Shown piece after piece: positions 9,076 through 19,474 of a stretch of 64,000 bases of DNA. Under the pieces are notes generated by a model. It saw only the letters and a program-made list of their open reading frames with translations. It was not told where the DNA came from and searched no databases. Origin of the DNA: an uncultured Bulleidia sp. (GTDB lineage Bacteria > Bacillota_I > Bacilli_A > Erysipelotrichales > Erysipelotrichaceae); the NCBI GenBank assembly GCA_934754415.1, contig CAKVIS010000002.1, positions 17,018 to 81,017 on the forward strand, given 5' to 3'. The position numbers and the translations under genes are program-made. Numbering within the stretch: position 1 is the stretch's first letter; each line of letters begins with the position of its first letter.

Positions 9076-10785
9076 TTATTTCTTTCCGTTTTTCACAAAA
9101 TCAAGTAATGCCTCAGCAGCTTTATCGATGCCGTGATCTCCCTTATCCGGAAGACCCAGACATGTATAGATTTCACCAACAGGAATACCCTGTGCAAATA
9201 AAGCATCAAACATCTTTGTAATCAGTTTGGAACACTCTTCCTGACGCTGCATAGGTCCAAAAGGATTAGCGAAGAAAGTTGTGGAAAGTCCCTTTTCCTG
9301 TGTTGTGCCAAGGGCAAATCTTCTGCCCTGTACAAAGACTTCTTCTGCACCTTCTCTGTCTTCAAAGAAGTGCATACCACGTTTGTCTGTATAGTTATTG
9401 GCATACAGGAAACAATCTACCTTATGGTCTGCTGTTATAACAGTATATGGTGCAGCAGGAAGTACAACACGTGCATTTGGTTTTTCAGGGTTGAAGAAAA
9501 TGGAACGATCCATATCTTTATAGGCAGTACCCTTATCCAGGTCATCTAATCTTACAAAGGCACCGATTTCAGTACCCTGTGCACGGATATTTCCATCTTT
9601 ATCCAGATGAATGGTACCCATATCATCAAATACAGTTTCCTGATAATCAATCAGATCAGAAGCTAATGTAGATAAAGCTTCGATAGTTTCAGATTTACCT
9701 GCACCAGAATCTCCCATAAACATGAGGCCTTTCTTTGTGCCGTCTTTCAGGTAAATATTCACCATGGCACCATGAATTGGTAACCACCCTCTGTTGATCA
9801 TAGCCAGGTTATGTAATGTAAGAATTGTCTTTTTTGTATATCCGAAGTAATCAATCTTATCGCTTGCAGAATCTTTTCCAACCCAGATGTCATTGGATTC
9901 ATCATGATAGAAAACAGTATCATCTTTTCCATCAGGATTACCAAATAACATGATAGCATCTGGTTTACGGGAAACGGTTTCCTCTTTGGATGCAAGTTCA
10001 AATAAGTTTGCTGTTGCCACAGCACTGGACACATAATCTCTGTGGAAATAGCAGTAGATCAGCATGGAACCTACTTTAGCAGGAAAACATACCCATTCTT
10101 CCGTACCCTTTTTAAAGTCCTTCATAGGATTGTATTCACTGTCTTTGAATACATTGGTACGCTTATTGCATTTTGGATGAGAAATCAAAGGTGTTCTCAG
10201 CATGATTTCCTTGATAAAAGGAATACCGCTTAATGATTCATAGCCAAGTGGTGTATTCCATTCATAATACTGCAGTAATAAGGAGGCATTGGTACCTGCC
10301 TGTAACTGACGATAAACAGTATTGTTTCTGCCCTGCACTTTCTGCTGGATTGTACGGTAGAAATTTAACGCAACACCATTGAATCTTACATCAGCATCAA
10401 TAAAAGACTGCATCTGAAAACCATCTTCATTATGTGTATACAATACAGAATATCTCTGCATACTACGCCAGAAATGGTAACCTTCTTCAATAGCATCTAA
10501 CAATACTAATGGTCTGGAAACATATGGGTGGTCAATTTCTTTCAGATCCAATACGCACAATAAATTCAGAACTTTGCGAATATCCTTACGAACAGATTCT
10601 TCACAATCATGTCCGGTAAACAGGAATTCGTGCAAATCAAAGTGATACTTCTCGAGGTACTTACAATAATAATGTAAGAAAGAATTAAATCCGTCACTCT
10701 CAATCAATTCATGAGAATTACGCACATACACTTTAGAATAATTCAAAATAACTGTATCGTTGTGAAAATAGTAAGCTTCTTTCAT
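9076..10785 (-). CDS. uncharacterised 569-aa protein with an HPr-kinase/PEPCK-like P-loop domain
   Basis: A single intact ORF with a strong RBS (aggaggaaatcATG). Residues ~330-400 read PIHGAMVNIYLKDGTKKGLMFMGDSGAGKSETIEALSTLASDLIDYQETVFDD, matching the HprK C-terminal P-loop pattern HG-hV-IY-G-hhhGDSGhGKSE. The ~330-aa N-terminal part has no motif I recognise. Confidence 0.5.
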   Translation of the reverse strand: MKEAYYFHNDTVILNYSKVYVRNSHELIESDGFNSFLHYYCKYLEKYHFDLHEFLFTGHDCEESVRKDIRKVLNLLCVLDLKEIDHPYVSRPLVLLDAIEEGYHFWRSMQRYSVLYTHNEDGFQMQSFIDADVRFNGVALNFYRTIQQKVQGRNNTVYRQLQAGTNASLLLQYYEWNTPLGYESLSGIPFIKEIMLRTPLISHPKCNKRTNVFKDSEYNPMKDFKKGTEEWVCFPAKVGSMLIYCYFHRDYVSSAVATANLFELASKEETVSRKPDAIMLFGNPDGKDDTVFYHDESNDIWVGKDSASDKIDYFGYTKKTILTLHNLAMINRGWLPIHGAMVNIYLKDGTKKGLMFMGDSGAGKSETIEALSTLASDLIDYQETVFDDMGTIHLDKDGNIRAQGTEIGAFVRLDDLDKGTAYKDMDRSIFFNPEKPNARVVLPAAPYTVITADHKVDCFLYANNYTDKRGMHFFEDREGAEEVFVQGRRFALGTTQEKGLSTTFFANPFGPMQRQEECSKLITKMFDALFAQGIPVGEIYTCLGLPDKGDHGIDKAAEALLDFVKNGKK

Positions 10786-10831
10786 GATTTCCTCCTCTTA
10801 CCCGTTCCATATTATCATGTCAAATCAGATA

Positions 10832-11554
10832 TTAGAATGTATTTCTTTGCCTAAATGCCTCGAAAGCGATTACATTTGCTGCACCTGATGCATTTAGTGC
10901 AGCTCTGAAATCATTGGCATACGGAATATAGATATTTTCTTCAATTTCCTCAAGAACTTTTGATGAAAGACCCCTCATTTCTCCACCTATAGCAATAAGA
11001 CATGGATGCGTATAGTCTTTCTCCCAGTAAATGCAAGCATCTTTTCTCATTGCCGCATAGGTATGTACCCCTTCTTTTTTCACTTCTCTGATTAAAGAAG
11101 GAATATCATCACTTAAGATAATATTCAGATATTCAAAAGCCCCTGCACTGGATTTCAAAATCGTACTTTCCGCCAAGGACCAGTCTCTATTTCTTAAGAT
11201 CAGTCCCGTACATCCTGCACTGTACAAAGAACGTATCACATAGCCTAGATTAAACGGATCTTCCACACCTTCCAGCACAAATAAAAGCGGTGTATTCTGC
11301 ATGCCATCCTGTAAGGTCTGATACTGTCTTTGCTCTACTTCTGCAAGGATACCTCCATGTGTTCTTCCACTTGCCATCGCATCTATTTTTTCTCTTGTGG
11401 TATACACAATACGCACATGATTTCCCTTTGCCTTTGCAAGGATAAAATGTGTATTTTTATCATGTTTGGATTCATCCACATACACACAATGGACTTTTCT
11501 TTTTCCTCCAAGCAGACATGCTTTAACGCTGATACTGCCTTCTACTAAAATCAT
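10832..11554 (-). CDS. SpoU/TrmH-family RNA 2'-O-methyltransferase
   Basis: 240 aa with the motifs LEGVEDPFNLGYVIRS, LIAIGGEMRGLS and IPYANDFRAALNASGAANVIAFE. Confidence 0.8.
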   Translation of the reverse strand: MILVEGSISVKACLLGGKRKVHCVYVDESKHDKNTHFILAKAKGNHVRIVYTTREKIDAMASGRTHGGILAEVEQRQYQTLQDGMQNTPLLFVLEGVEDPFNLGYVIRSLYSAGCTGLILRNRDWSLAESTILKSSAGAFEYLNIILSDDIPSLIREVKKEGVHTYAAMRKDACIYWEKDYTHPCLIAIGGEMRGLSSKVLEEIEENIYIPYANDFRAALNASGAANVIAFEAFRQRNTF

Positions 11555-11591
11555 ATCTCTTCTCCTTTTGAAAAAGGCACAGGAATGTGCC

Positions 11592-12830
11592 TTAATCTAA
11601 TATTTGTGATTTTGTTGCTCGACGCAGAATATCTCCCGTCTGCACATCAAACGGTACAGGTAACTGCACAAGTACCATAGGACTTCTTGAAGATTCCAGA
11701 AGCTCATCTTTCTTATTTCTGATCCATTGAATCTGGAAAGTGCGATTTTCTCTTCCAGGGCTTAATACTTCTACCGTTTCCAATGTATCAAAAGCATTAC
11801 GTGTCTGTATCCATGCCGTTTCACCATCATAACTCTGTACTGTGCCAAGGAAATCATGATTCACATGAGAATTGGAATTCTCATAGAAAATTACAGAATC
11901 CTCCTGCAATCGATGATCATAGAATCCCGGACATACTTCTCTGTTTTCCCCCTTCATAATTTCCATTTCATGATAGGCAAATCTTTCCGGTGAAAGATCA
12001 TTTTGAGCTGCATACAGTTCATCAATCAGATGACGGTATCCTGAGACAATAGAAGCCACATAATATTCCGTCTTCATTCTTCCTTCGATTTTTAAAGAAG
12101 ATACCCCTGCTTCCATTAATGAAGCAATCCATGAAGCAGTCATCATATCCTTGGAACCCATGGTAAATCTTGTAGTATCCGTAGTGATTTCCGTATTGTC
12201 CTGATACAGATGATATGACCATCTGCAACTTTGTGCACATCCTCCACGATTGGCATCACGTAATGTCATACGGTTACTTAACGTACATCTGCCGGAATAA
12301 TTTACACACATACCCCCGTGAATAAACGCTTCCGTTTCCACAGGACACACTTCTGTAATCTGTCGTACTTCCTCCATACTGCATTCTCTTGCAAGTACGG
12401 TTCTGTCCACATGCAGTGTTTCATATAAGAAACGTGCTGTTTCCGTATTGGTAATAGACATCTGTGTACTGCAGTGAATCTGCAGCTTTGGAGCGTACTG
12501 TCTTGCAATGGACATAATAGCAGGACTGGCGACGATAATCGCAGTCACACCAGCCTGTTCCAGTTGCTGTAAATACTCTTTTAAACCTTCAAAATCCTCT
12601 TCATGAGGAATAATATTCACTGTTACATGTACATGGGCACCATGTTCTTTTGCAAATGCACAGACTTCATGAATGTCCTCCATGGTGAAATTACTTGCTC
12701 GTGATCTCAAAGAGAAACTCTTTCCTCCCAGATATACTGCATCTGCACCATACAGAATGGCTGTTTTAGCTCTTTGAAGATCTCCTGCAGGAGCTAATAA
12801 CTCAGGTTTTTTAACGAACCGTTTTTTCAT
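11592..12830 (-). CDS. U32-family peptidase-like protein (long form; tRNA U34 hydroxylase TrhP/YrrO-like)
   Basis: The peptidase U32 N-terminal signature KPELLAPAGDLQRAKTAILYGADAVYLGG and conserved Cys residues are present. Start is set at ATG 12830, which has the RBS ggagggctactacaATG; the track's longer N-terminus has no SD. Confidence 0.8.
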   Translation of the reverse strand: MKKRFVKKPELLAPAGDLQRAKTAILYGADAVYLGGKSFSLRSRASNFTMEDIHEVCAFAKEHGAHVHVTVNIIPHEEDFEGLKEYLQQLEQAGVTAIIVASPAIMSIARQYAPKLQIHCSTQMSITNTETARFLYETLHVDRTVLARECSMEEVRQITEVCPVETEAFIHGGMCVNYSGRCTLSNRMTLRDANRGGCAQSCRWSYHLYQDNTEITTDTTRFTMGSKDMMTASWIASLMEAGVSSLKIEGRMKTEYYVASIVSGYRHLIDELYAAQNDLSPERFAYHEMEIMKGENREVCPGFYDHRLQEDSVIFYENSNSHVNHDFLGTVQSYDGETAWIQTRNAFDTLETVEVLSPGRENRTFQIQWIRNKKDELLESSRSPMVLVQLPVPFDVQTGDILRRATKSQILD

Positions 12831-13701
12831 TGTAGTAGCCCTCCAGGAATGTATACTCCTTAAACTTCTGTTTATATGCTTCAACAGAATCCTTTACTTC
12901 TTCACCATTTAAAATACTTTTGGTCAGATGTACAGCTTCAATATAAGCAAGTCTGTTCAAAAATACACCTGTCATAAAATATACTGGTGCCTGTGCCTGC
13001 TGAAATTCCTTAAGAATATCAAATGAGTCCAGCACATAATCTGTATAAATAAGAGTTCCTTCCTCATTTTCAAAGACAGGCATTTTGCCATCTCTTTTTT
13101 CTTCCACAAGATAGAGATTCTGTGTATCTTCCACATTTTCAGCATACCCAAAAGTATTTTTCCAGGAAGTTAACAGTTTTCTGTAAGAAAAGCTCATCAC
13201 CATATGTCCATAGACAGGTACCACCACCTCTTTTGCCTGTCTGATGATTTCTATGGTCTCCTGTTTTGTCAGCAGCGGAGATACCGCCACCTTATCCAGA
13301 CCAAGCTGTAAATAAAACTGGGCGTCTTGAGGACTTGTCATCATGGTATCCGGCATATACACCAGTTTGGATACCATCTGTAACTGTTGCGCTACACGAA
13401 GTACGGCAAGATCTGCAAAATAAATGCTGGTAATAGATACCTTTTTTAAAGCCTGCATAAGCTGTCTGAAATCTTCCAGTTCCCTTTCATGAAACAACTT
13501 GTTTACCAGTACAGAAACACCAATATGGAAATCAGCGGCATTATCTATACATACTTTAAGTTCTTCTAATGAAAATGTGTGTAATGCAGTAATACTGAAT
13601 CCATCCAGAGACAGACAGATTTCATCTGCACCGGCATTTGCCATGGCGACGATATCTCTTCTGTTTTCAATCGTTACGACTAATTTATTGTTTATATCCA
13701 T
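12811..13701 (-). CDS. U32-family peptidase-like protein (short form; YrrN-like partner)
   Basis: 296 aa from ATG 13701; the track start at 13740 is a TTG. It is U32-like (NAGADEICLSLDGFS) and forms the tandem U32 pair typical of the Firmicutes yrrN-yrrO arrangement. Confidence 0.75.
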   Translation of the reverse strand: MDINNKLVVTIENRRDIVAMANAGADEICLSLDGFSITALHTFSLEELKVCIDNAADFHIGVSVLVNKLFHERELEDFRQLMQALKKVSITSIYFADLAVLRVAQQLQMVSKLVYMPDTMMTSPQDAQFYLQLGLDKVAVSPLLTKQETIEIIRQAKEVVVPVYGHMVMSFSYRKLLTSWKNTFGYAENVEDTQNLYLVEEKRDGKMPVFENEEGTLIYTDYVLDSFDILKEFQQAQAPVYFMTGVFLNRLAYIEAVHLTKSILNGEEVKDSVEAYKQKFKEYTFLEGYYNEKTVR

Positions 13702-13774
13702 ACCCACATATTTTATCAGTGAACTGTACTTTCGCAACAAGCAGATTGCATTTATGTCTTATCTATACTAGAAT

Positions 13775-13911
13775 ACTTTCATCCACAGCCGCGTTAAGTG
13801 CTGTACTCCGGGAAGAGTATGGACGAAAAGAAGTTTCTTGCGGTGACTGTTGGACTCCCAAGACGTGAATAGACCTCCTTCACAGGCTTGGTGAAAGGAG
13901 GTTTTTATATT
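13775..13911 (+). ncRNA. THF (tetrahydrofolate) riboswitch with RBS-sequestering expression platform
   Basis: The sequence CCGCGTTAAGTGC...GGGAAGAGTATGGACG...TTGCGGTGAC matches the conserved THF-I cores UCGCGUUAAGUG and GCGGUGA. Downstream, CCTCCTTCAC (13872..13881) is complementary to the GTGAAAGGAGG RBS (13891..13901) of folT. Confidence 0.6.
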
Positions 13912-14487
13912 ATGAATATTTGGAAGTCATCTAAAGAAAAGCTGCATTCAACAAAGTGGCTGGCACTCATGGCATTTTTCTTAGCTTTAAGAATTATTTG
14001 CTCAAGATTCTCTGTTCCGGTCGGTGTCAACCTCAACGTTTCTCTGAGTTTTGTTCTGGTCGCATTATCCGGTGCTTTATTCGGTCCGGTTGCCGGTAGC
14101 GTATTTGCCTTTGCAGAAGATATTCTGGAATTCATGCTGTTTCCAAGTCCTTATGGTTTCTTTGCAGGCTATACTCTCAGTGCTGTTCTGGGTATTTTAT
14201 GTTATGCCTTCTTCTTTTATGAGAAGAAAATCACCATACTGAATATCCTGCTGGCAAAACTGTTATCTTCTTATGCAGTCAATGTCTGCATCGGTTCATT
14301 CTGGAACTGGATTATCACAGGTAAAAGTAAAGCATATCTGTACTATGCCGCGAAAAGTTTCATCAAGAATACAACACTCTTCCCAATTCAGGTCGTTTTG
14401 CTTGTTCTTGTATTTAATCTGCTGATACCGTTTTTATCCAGAAAACAGCTGATCAAAACACAGTCTGTACCTGTTTCCTGGAAATAA
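13912..14487 (+). CDS. folT: ECF transporter S component, folate family
   Basis: About 190 aa with 5-6 TM helices, typical of an ECF S component. The RBS AAAGGAGG sits 10 nt before ATG 13912. The gene lies immediately downstream of the THF riboswitch. Confidence 0.8.
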   Translation: MNIWKSSKEKLHSTKWLALMAFFLALRIICSRFSVPVGVNLNVSLSFVLVALSGALFGPVAGSVFAFAEDILEFMLFPSPYGFFAGYTLSAVLGILCYAFFFYEKKITILNILLAKLLSSYAVNVCIGSFWNWIITGKSKAYLYYAAKSFIKNTTLFPIQVVLLVLVFNLLIPFLSRKQLIKTQSVPVSWK

Positions 14488-14516
14488 GTCGCGATTTTTG
14501 CGACTTTTTTCTTTGC
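14487..14516 (+). terminator. intrinsic terminator after folT
   Basis: The hairpin AAGTCGCGA-ttttt-GCGACTT is followed by TTTTTTTC. Confidence 0.6.
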
Positions 14517-14559
14517 AGTGATATAATTTGAAACGTAATATTTCCAGGAGGATAAAAAC

Positions 14560-15795
14560 ATGTCATTTACTAAACACAGTGCAGATCTGACACCAATCGT
14601 TGATACTGTATTCTCTATCGTTGCCAAAGCAAAACAGGACAAGCAAAAAAATCCGGATCTTGTCGTAGATGCGACCATCGGATCTTTGTATGGTGAAGAC
14701 GGGACTCTGGTAGCTCTGGACACCGTATTCAATCATTATGATGCCATTGACCACAGAACCAAAGCTGCCTATGCTGCAAGTTTTTCCGGAAATCCTGGAT
14801 ACAGAGAACAGGTATACGCTTGGGTTACAGAAGGCCAGCATCTGGATATGCCACATTCCGTCATTGCTACTCCAGGAGGATCCGGTGCCATTTCCATCGG
14901 ATTTACCACATTTCTGGATGAAGGTGAAACCATCATCATTCCTGAGATTGCCTGGGGGTCTTATAAATTAATGGCTCATGAAAATAATCTCAGATCCATT
15001 ACCTATAAAAACTTCGACGGTGATCACTTCAATCTGAAATCTTTAAAAGAACAGGTGGAGAGCATTAAAGATACACAGGATCGTATCGTTATCGTTATCA
15101 ACGATCCATGTCACAATCCTACAGGTTACAGTTTAACAAGCGAAGAATGGGCAGATGTAATCGCCTACCTGAATGAAGTCTCCAAAACCAATTCCGTTAT
15201 TCTTATCAACGATATAGCTTATATTGACTACTCCAATAAACCTGCTGAAGAAGCACGTGCATATATGCAGAACTTTAAGAATCTTTCTGATAATGTCTTT
15301 ATAGAAATCTGTTTCTCCTGCAGTAAAACTCTGACATCTTACGGGTTACGTTGCGGTGCAGCCGTATTATTAGCAAACAGACAGCAGGATGTACGTGATG
15401 TGGAAATCATCATGGAAAAGAAAGCCAGAGCGACATGGTCTAATACACCTAATGCTGCCATGGAAAACTTTACGTGGATCGTCACTGAAGGAAGAGAAAA
15501 CTTCATGAAGGAAAAACAGAAATATATCGATCTCATGAAAGAAAGATCTGCTTTATTCCTGGATGAGGCAAAACGTGCAAATCTGGATGTCTATCCATAT
15601 AAAGAAGGTTTCTTTGTGACATTACGTATTGAAGATAATGTCATCGGCAACAAGATTCATGAAGCCTTTATGGAAAATCACATTTATACCGTAAAAGTCA
15701 ATCACGGTATCCGTGTGGCTGTATGTTCCTTACCTTTATCCAAAGTAAAAGGACTTGCCGCAAAAATGAAAGCTATTGAAGATTCTTTTATGTAA
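14560..15795 (+). CDS. class I aminotransferase (AspC/TyrB-like aspartate/aromatic aminotransferase)
   Basis: 411 aa. The PLP-Lys region is CFSCSKTLTSYGLRCGAA, the RBS is aggagg, and the overall architecture is AAT-I family. Confidence 0.85.
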   Translation: MSFTKHSADLTPIVDTVFSIVAKAKQDKQKNPDLVVDATIGSLYGEDGTLVALDTVFNHYDAIDHRTKAAYAASFSGNPGYREQVYAWVTEGQHLDMPHSVIATPGGSGAISIGFTTFLDEGETIIIPEIAWGSYKLMAHENNLRSITYKNFDGDHFNLKSLKEQVESIKDTQDRIVIVINDPCHNPTGYSLTSEEWADVIAYLNEVSKTNSVILINDIAYIDYSNKPAEEARAYMQNFKNLSDNVFIEICFSCSKTLTSYGLRCGAAVLLANRQQDVRDVEIIMEKKARATWSNTPNAAMENFTWIVTEGRENFMKEKQKYIDLMKERSALFLDEAKRANLDVYPYKEGFFVTLRIEDNVIGNKIHEAFMENHIYTVKVNHGIRVAVCSLPLSKVKGLAAKMKAIEDSFM

Positions 15796-15801
15796 CTTCT
15801 T

Positions 15802-15858
15802 TACACACCTGATAAACAGGTGTGTTTTTTTACGAGGCTCAAAAAAAAGAGCCGAAGC
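15802..15858. terminator. pair of terminator hairpins between convergent genes
   Basis: ACACACCTG-ataaa-CAGGTGTGT followed by TTTTTTT terminates the + gene. GAGCTTCGGCTC followed by TTTTTTTT on the minus strand terminates the - gene. Confidence 0.6.
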
Positions 15859-15865
15859 TCTTTCA

Positions 15866-16264
15866 TCAATTATCTGTGAAACCCCAGGAAGGAATATGAT
15901 TTCCTTTACGAATCAATACAGTCTTCTGATAATCTGTCTGATTCAGGAAACGCAGTACATCTTCAATTTCATCATCGTTGCAACCGACAAGCATTTTCAC
16001 ATCCAGTTCTTTCGTCAGAATATCCACTGCAACTACCAAAGCACTGATTTCCATATGGTTTCCAGTTCCTACATAGACAGAAATACCATACTCTCCTGCA
16101 CCTTTAGCATCCACAAGATGACCGTAATCTGTTGGATAGATCAGATTACCAAAAGTAGAATGTACATCTCCTTTCTTTCTTTCCATTTTTAAATTTCCAG
16201 ACAGAAACAACGTTTCTACCTTCTGCCAGAAAAAGGCATTATTCTCATAATCAATCATGTGCAC
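15866..16264 (-). CDS. hypothetical protein (132 aa)
   Basis: An intact ORF downstream of the MocR-type regulator gene. I could not recognise a family. Confidence 0.4.
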   Translation of the reverse strand: MHMIDYENNAFFWQKVETLFLSGNLKMERKKGDVHSTFGNLIYPTDYGHLVDAKGAGEYGISVYVGTGNHMEISALVVAVDILTKELDVKMLVGCNDDEIEDVLRFLNQTDYQKTVLIRKGNHIPSWGFTDN

Positions 16265-16335
16265 CTCACTAAAACAATTATACTTCTTTTATTATGCCTG
16301 TAAACACTTTGTAACAAAAGCGGAAGTTTGTTACA

Positions 16336-17373
16336 TTATTTCTTTTTCCGTAATCTGTTTAAATTTCTTTCAAAATTCCCACTGTTCAGTAAATCAGCAA
16401 TGACCAGCTGATCTAAAGTAGAAACCTGAGCTGAGTGATATTTCCAGATTTCCATGTATTTCTGTACTTTATTTGCAGGCAATACCATATAACTGACACG
16501 AATGGAAGGAGAGATGGTTTTATGAAAACTATTCATGTAGATCACACTGCCTTCTGAATCTTCTGAAAACAGTGTTTTCAATACATGTGCCGAAGGAAGA
16601 AATTCACTGGCATAGTCATCTTCAATCAAAATACCATCAGTTCTTGCAGCCCAGTCAAGATATTCCTGGCGTTTAAAAGCAGAAGCACTGATATTTGTTG
16701 GGTAAGAGGAGAAAGGTGTCACATGTAACACCTTTGAGGGTGTTCTGTGCAGCTCTGTCTGTAAAATACCCTGATTTCCCAGTTGAAGTCTGTCAATACG
16801 CACTCCCTGTTTTAAATATCCTTTTTCCACCTTTTCATATCCAGGAGACTCAATCCCATACACAACACTTCTTCCAAACAGTTCCACAATTCTTGGATAA
16901 AAAGATTCACTTCCTGCACCGATAACTATTTGATCTTCCTGAACAAAAATATTTCTGCTTCTGGCAAGATAGTTTTTTATAGCTGTACGCAACTCCAGAT
17001 TTCCCTGCATAGGAGAAGCAGATAAAACTTTTTCCTGATAACAGGACAATACCTGTCTGACTGTTTTTGCATAAACGGAATAGGGAAAATAAGAAGACTC
17101 ATTTCTTTCAGCAGGAGTATTATCAACATTTATGGAAGAAACCGGGAAAACAGATTCTTCTTTATAAATAACTCTGTACCCCACTCTTTCCTGAGGAAGA
17201 ATATAGCCTTCTTCCACCAGAAGATCCAAAGCATGCTCAATCGTTATTTTGGAAACATGATATTCTTTGGCAAGAACCCTTTTGGAATGTAAGCAGGAAC
17301 GTAAAGGATACGCTCCGTGTACAATCTGATCTCGGATACTCTCATATACTTTTACATAGGCATAGTTTTTCAT
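16336..17373 (-). CDS. MocR/GabR-type regulator (GntR HTH plus aminotransferase-like domain), unusually short
   Basis: The N-terminal GntR wHTH reads RVLAKEYHVSKITIEHALDLLVEEGY. The PLP-Lys motif SFHKTISPSIRVSYMV is present. At 345 aa it lacks the usual C-terminal small-domain tail. Confidence 0.7.
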   Translation of the reverse strand: MKNYAYVKVYESIRDQIVHGAYPLRSCLHSKRVLAKEYHVSKITIEHALDLLVEEGYILPQERVGYRVIYKEESVFPVSSINVDNTPAERNESSYFPYSVYAKTVRQVLSCYQEKVLSASPMQGNLELRTAIKNYLARSRNIFVQEDQIVIGAGSESFYPRIVELFGRSVVYGIESPGYEKVEKGYLKQGVRIDRLQLGNQGILQTELHRTPSKVLHVTPFSSYPTNISASAFKRQEYLDWAARTDGILIEDDYASEFLPSAHVLKTLFSEDSEGSVIYMNSFHKTISPSIRVSYMVLPANKVQKYMEIWKYHSAQVSTLDQLVIADLLNSGNFERNLNRLRKKK

Positions 17374-17476
17374 CTGGTCTTATCCTTCTTTCCGCTTACA
17401 GACATTCTGATATATCCAATATTCTATCACATGAGAACAATCATGCTCAAAAAGAAAAAAAACAGGATTTTCCTGT

Positions 17477-17824
17477 TCACTCCCGGATATGGTCCAGAGC
17501 CATTTTATAAATATTCTTAATATGATCATCCGCCATGGAATAATACACATTCTTGCCTTTTTTTCTTGAAGTCACCAGCTTGGTTTTCTTTAAAGACCCA
17601 AGCTGATGAGAAATAGCACTGTGGCTCATTTCCAGCAATGCAGCAAGATCTGACACACATAACTCTTTGACGAATAAAGCATTCATAATTTTTAGTCTGG
17701 TACTGTCTCCAAACATTTCAAAAATCATACTCATATCGTCATATTCTTTTTCCTGCAACATTTCTTTACGGCAGGCTTCAAGTTCATCACTGAGCATTTT
17801 TCCACTATTTTTTCTTGCTGGCAT
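17477..17824 (-). CDS. ArsR/SmtB-family transcriptional regulator
   Basis: 115 aa with the HTH MNALFVKELCVSDLAALLEMSHSAISHQLGSLKK. A downstream hairpin plus T-run terminator lies at 17437..17462. Confidence 0.85.
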   Translation of the reverse strand: MPARKNSGKMLSDELEACRKEMLQEKEYDDMSMIFEMFGDSTRLKIMNALFVKELCVSDLAALLEMSHSAISHQLGSLKKTKLVTSRKKGKNVYYSMADDHIKNIYKMALDHIRE

Positions 17825-18263
17825 TACGTTTTACCTCCTTACCCGGGGCATAGCGGTTCATGAATTTACGTACACCCCATTTGGAATACATCTCCACACT
17901 TTCCGTATTATCATCTACAGTGGTCACTTTCAAAAGATCTACCGATGTATGATATTCATATTTCCAGTTTACGATTTCATCCCAGTAAATCAAAGTGCAC
18001 TCCGTCCTGTCCTCTTTGTTATACATAATAAGATACTCCGGAGTGAACTGCACCAGGATGCGATCAGGCATCACCAAAAGAGCAAACACCGTAAGAATAA
18101 TAATTGGAAGCACAACACCTGCCATATAGGAGCGAATAATCAGTAAAGCTATACTTACAGCAAGGCATAAATCTAATAATACCCATGGCTTAACATGTAC
18201 GGCGACAGATTTTTTTCTAATTTCTTCTGGAACATTTCTGATTTTTATATACTGTGATTTCAT
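17805..18263 (-). CDS. membrane protein with two TM helices and a bacterial PH (bPH_2-like) domain
   Basis: Start is set at ATG 18263 (MKSQYIK). There are two TM helices followed by a soluble domain. It overlaps the arsR-like gene by 20 nt, suggesting an operon. Confidence 0.45.
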   Translation of the reverse strand: MKSQYIKIRNVPEEIRKKSVAVHVKPWVLLDLCLAVSIALLIIRSYMAGVVLPIIILTVFALLVMPDRILVQFTPEYLIMYNKEDRTECTLIYWDEIVNWKYEYHTSVDLLKVTTVDDNTESVEMYSKWGVRKFMNRYAPGKEVKRNASKKK

Positions 18264-18289
18264 AGTACTTGAATTATACCACCGTTTAG

Positions 18290-19471
<1,182 letters not shown>

Positions 19472-19474
19472 AAT

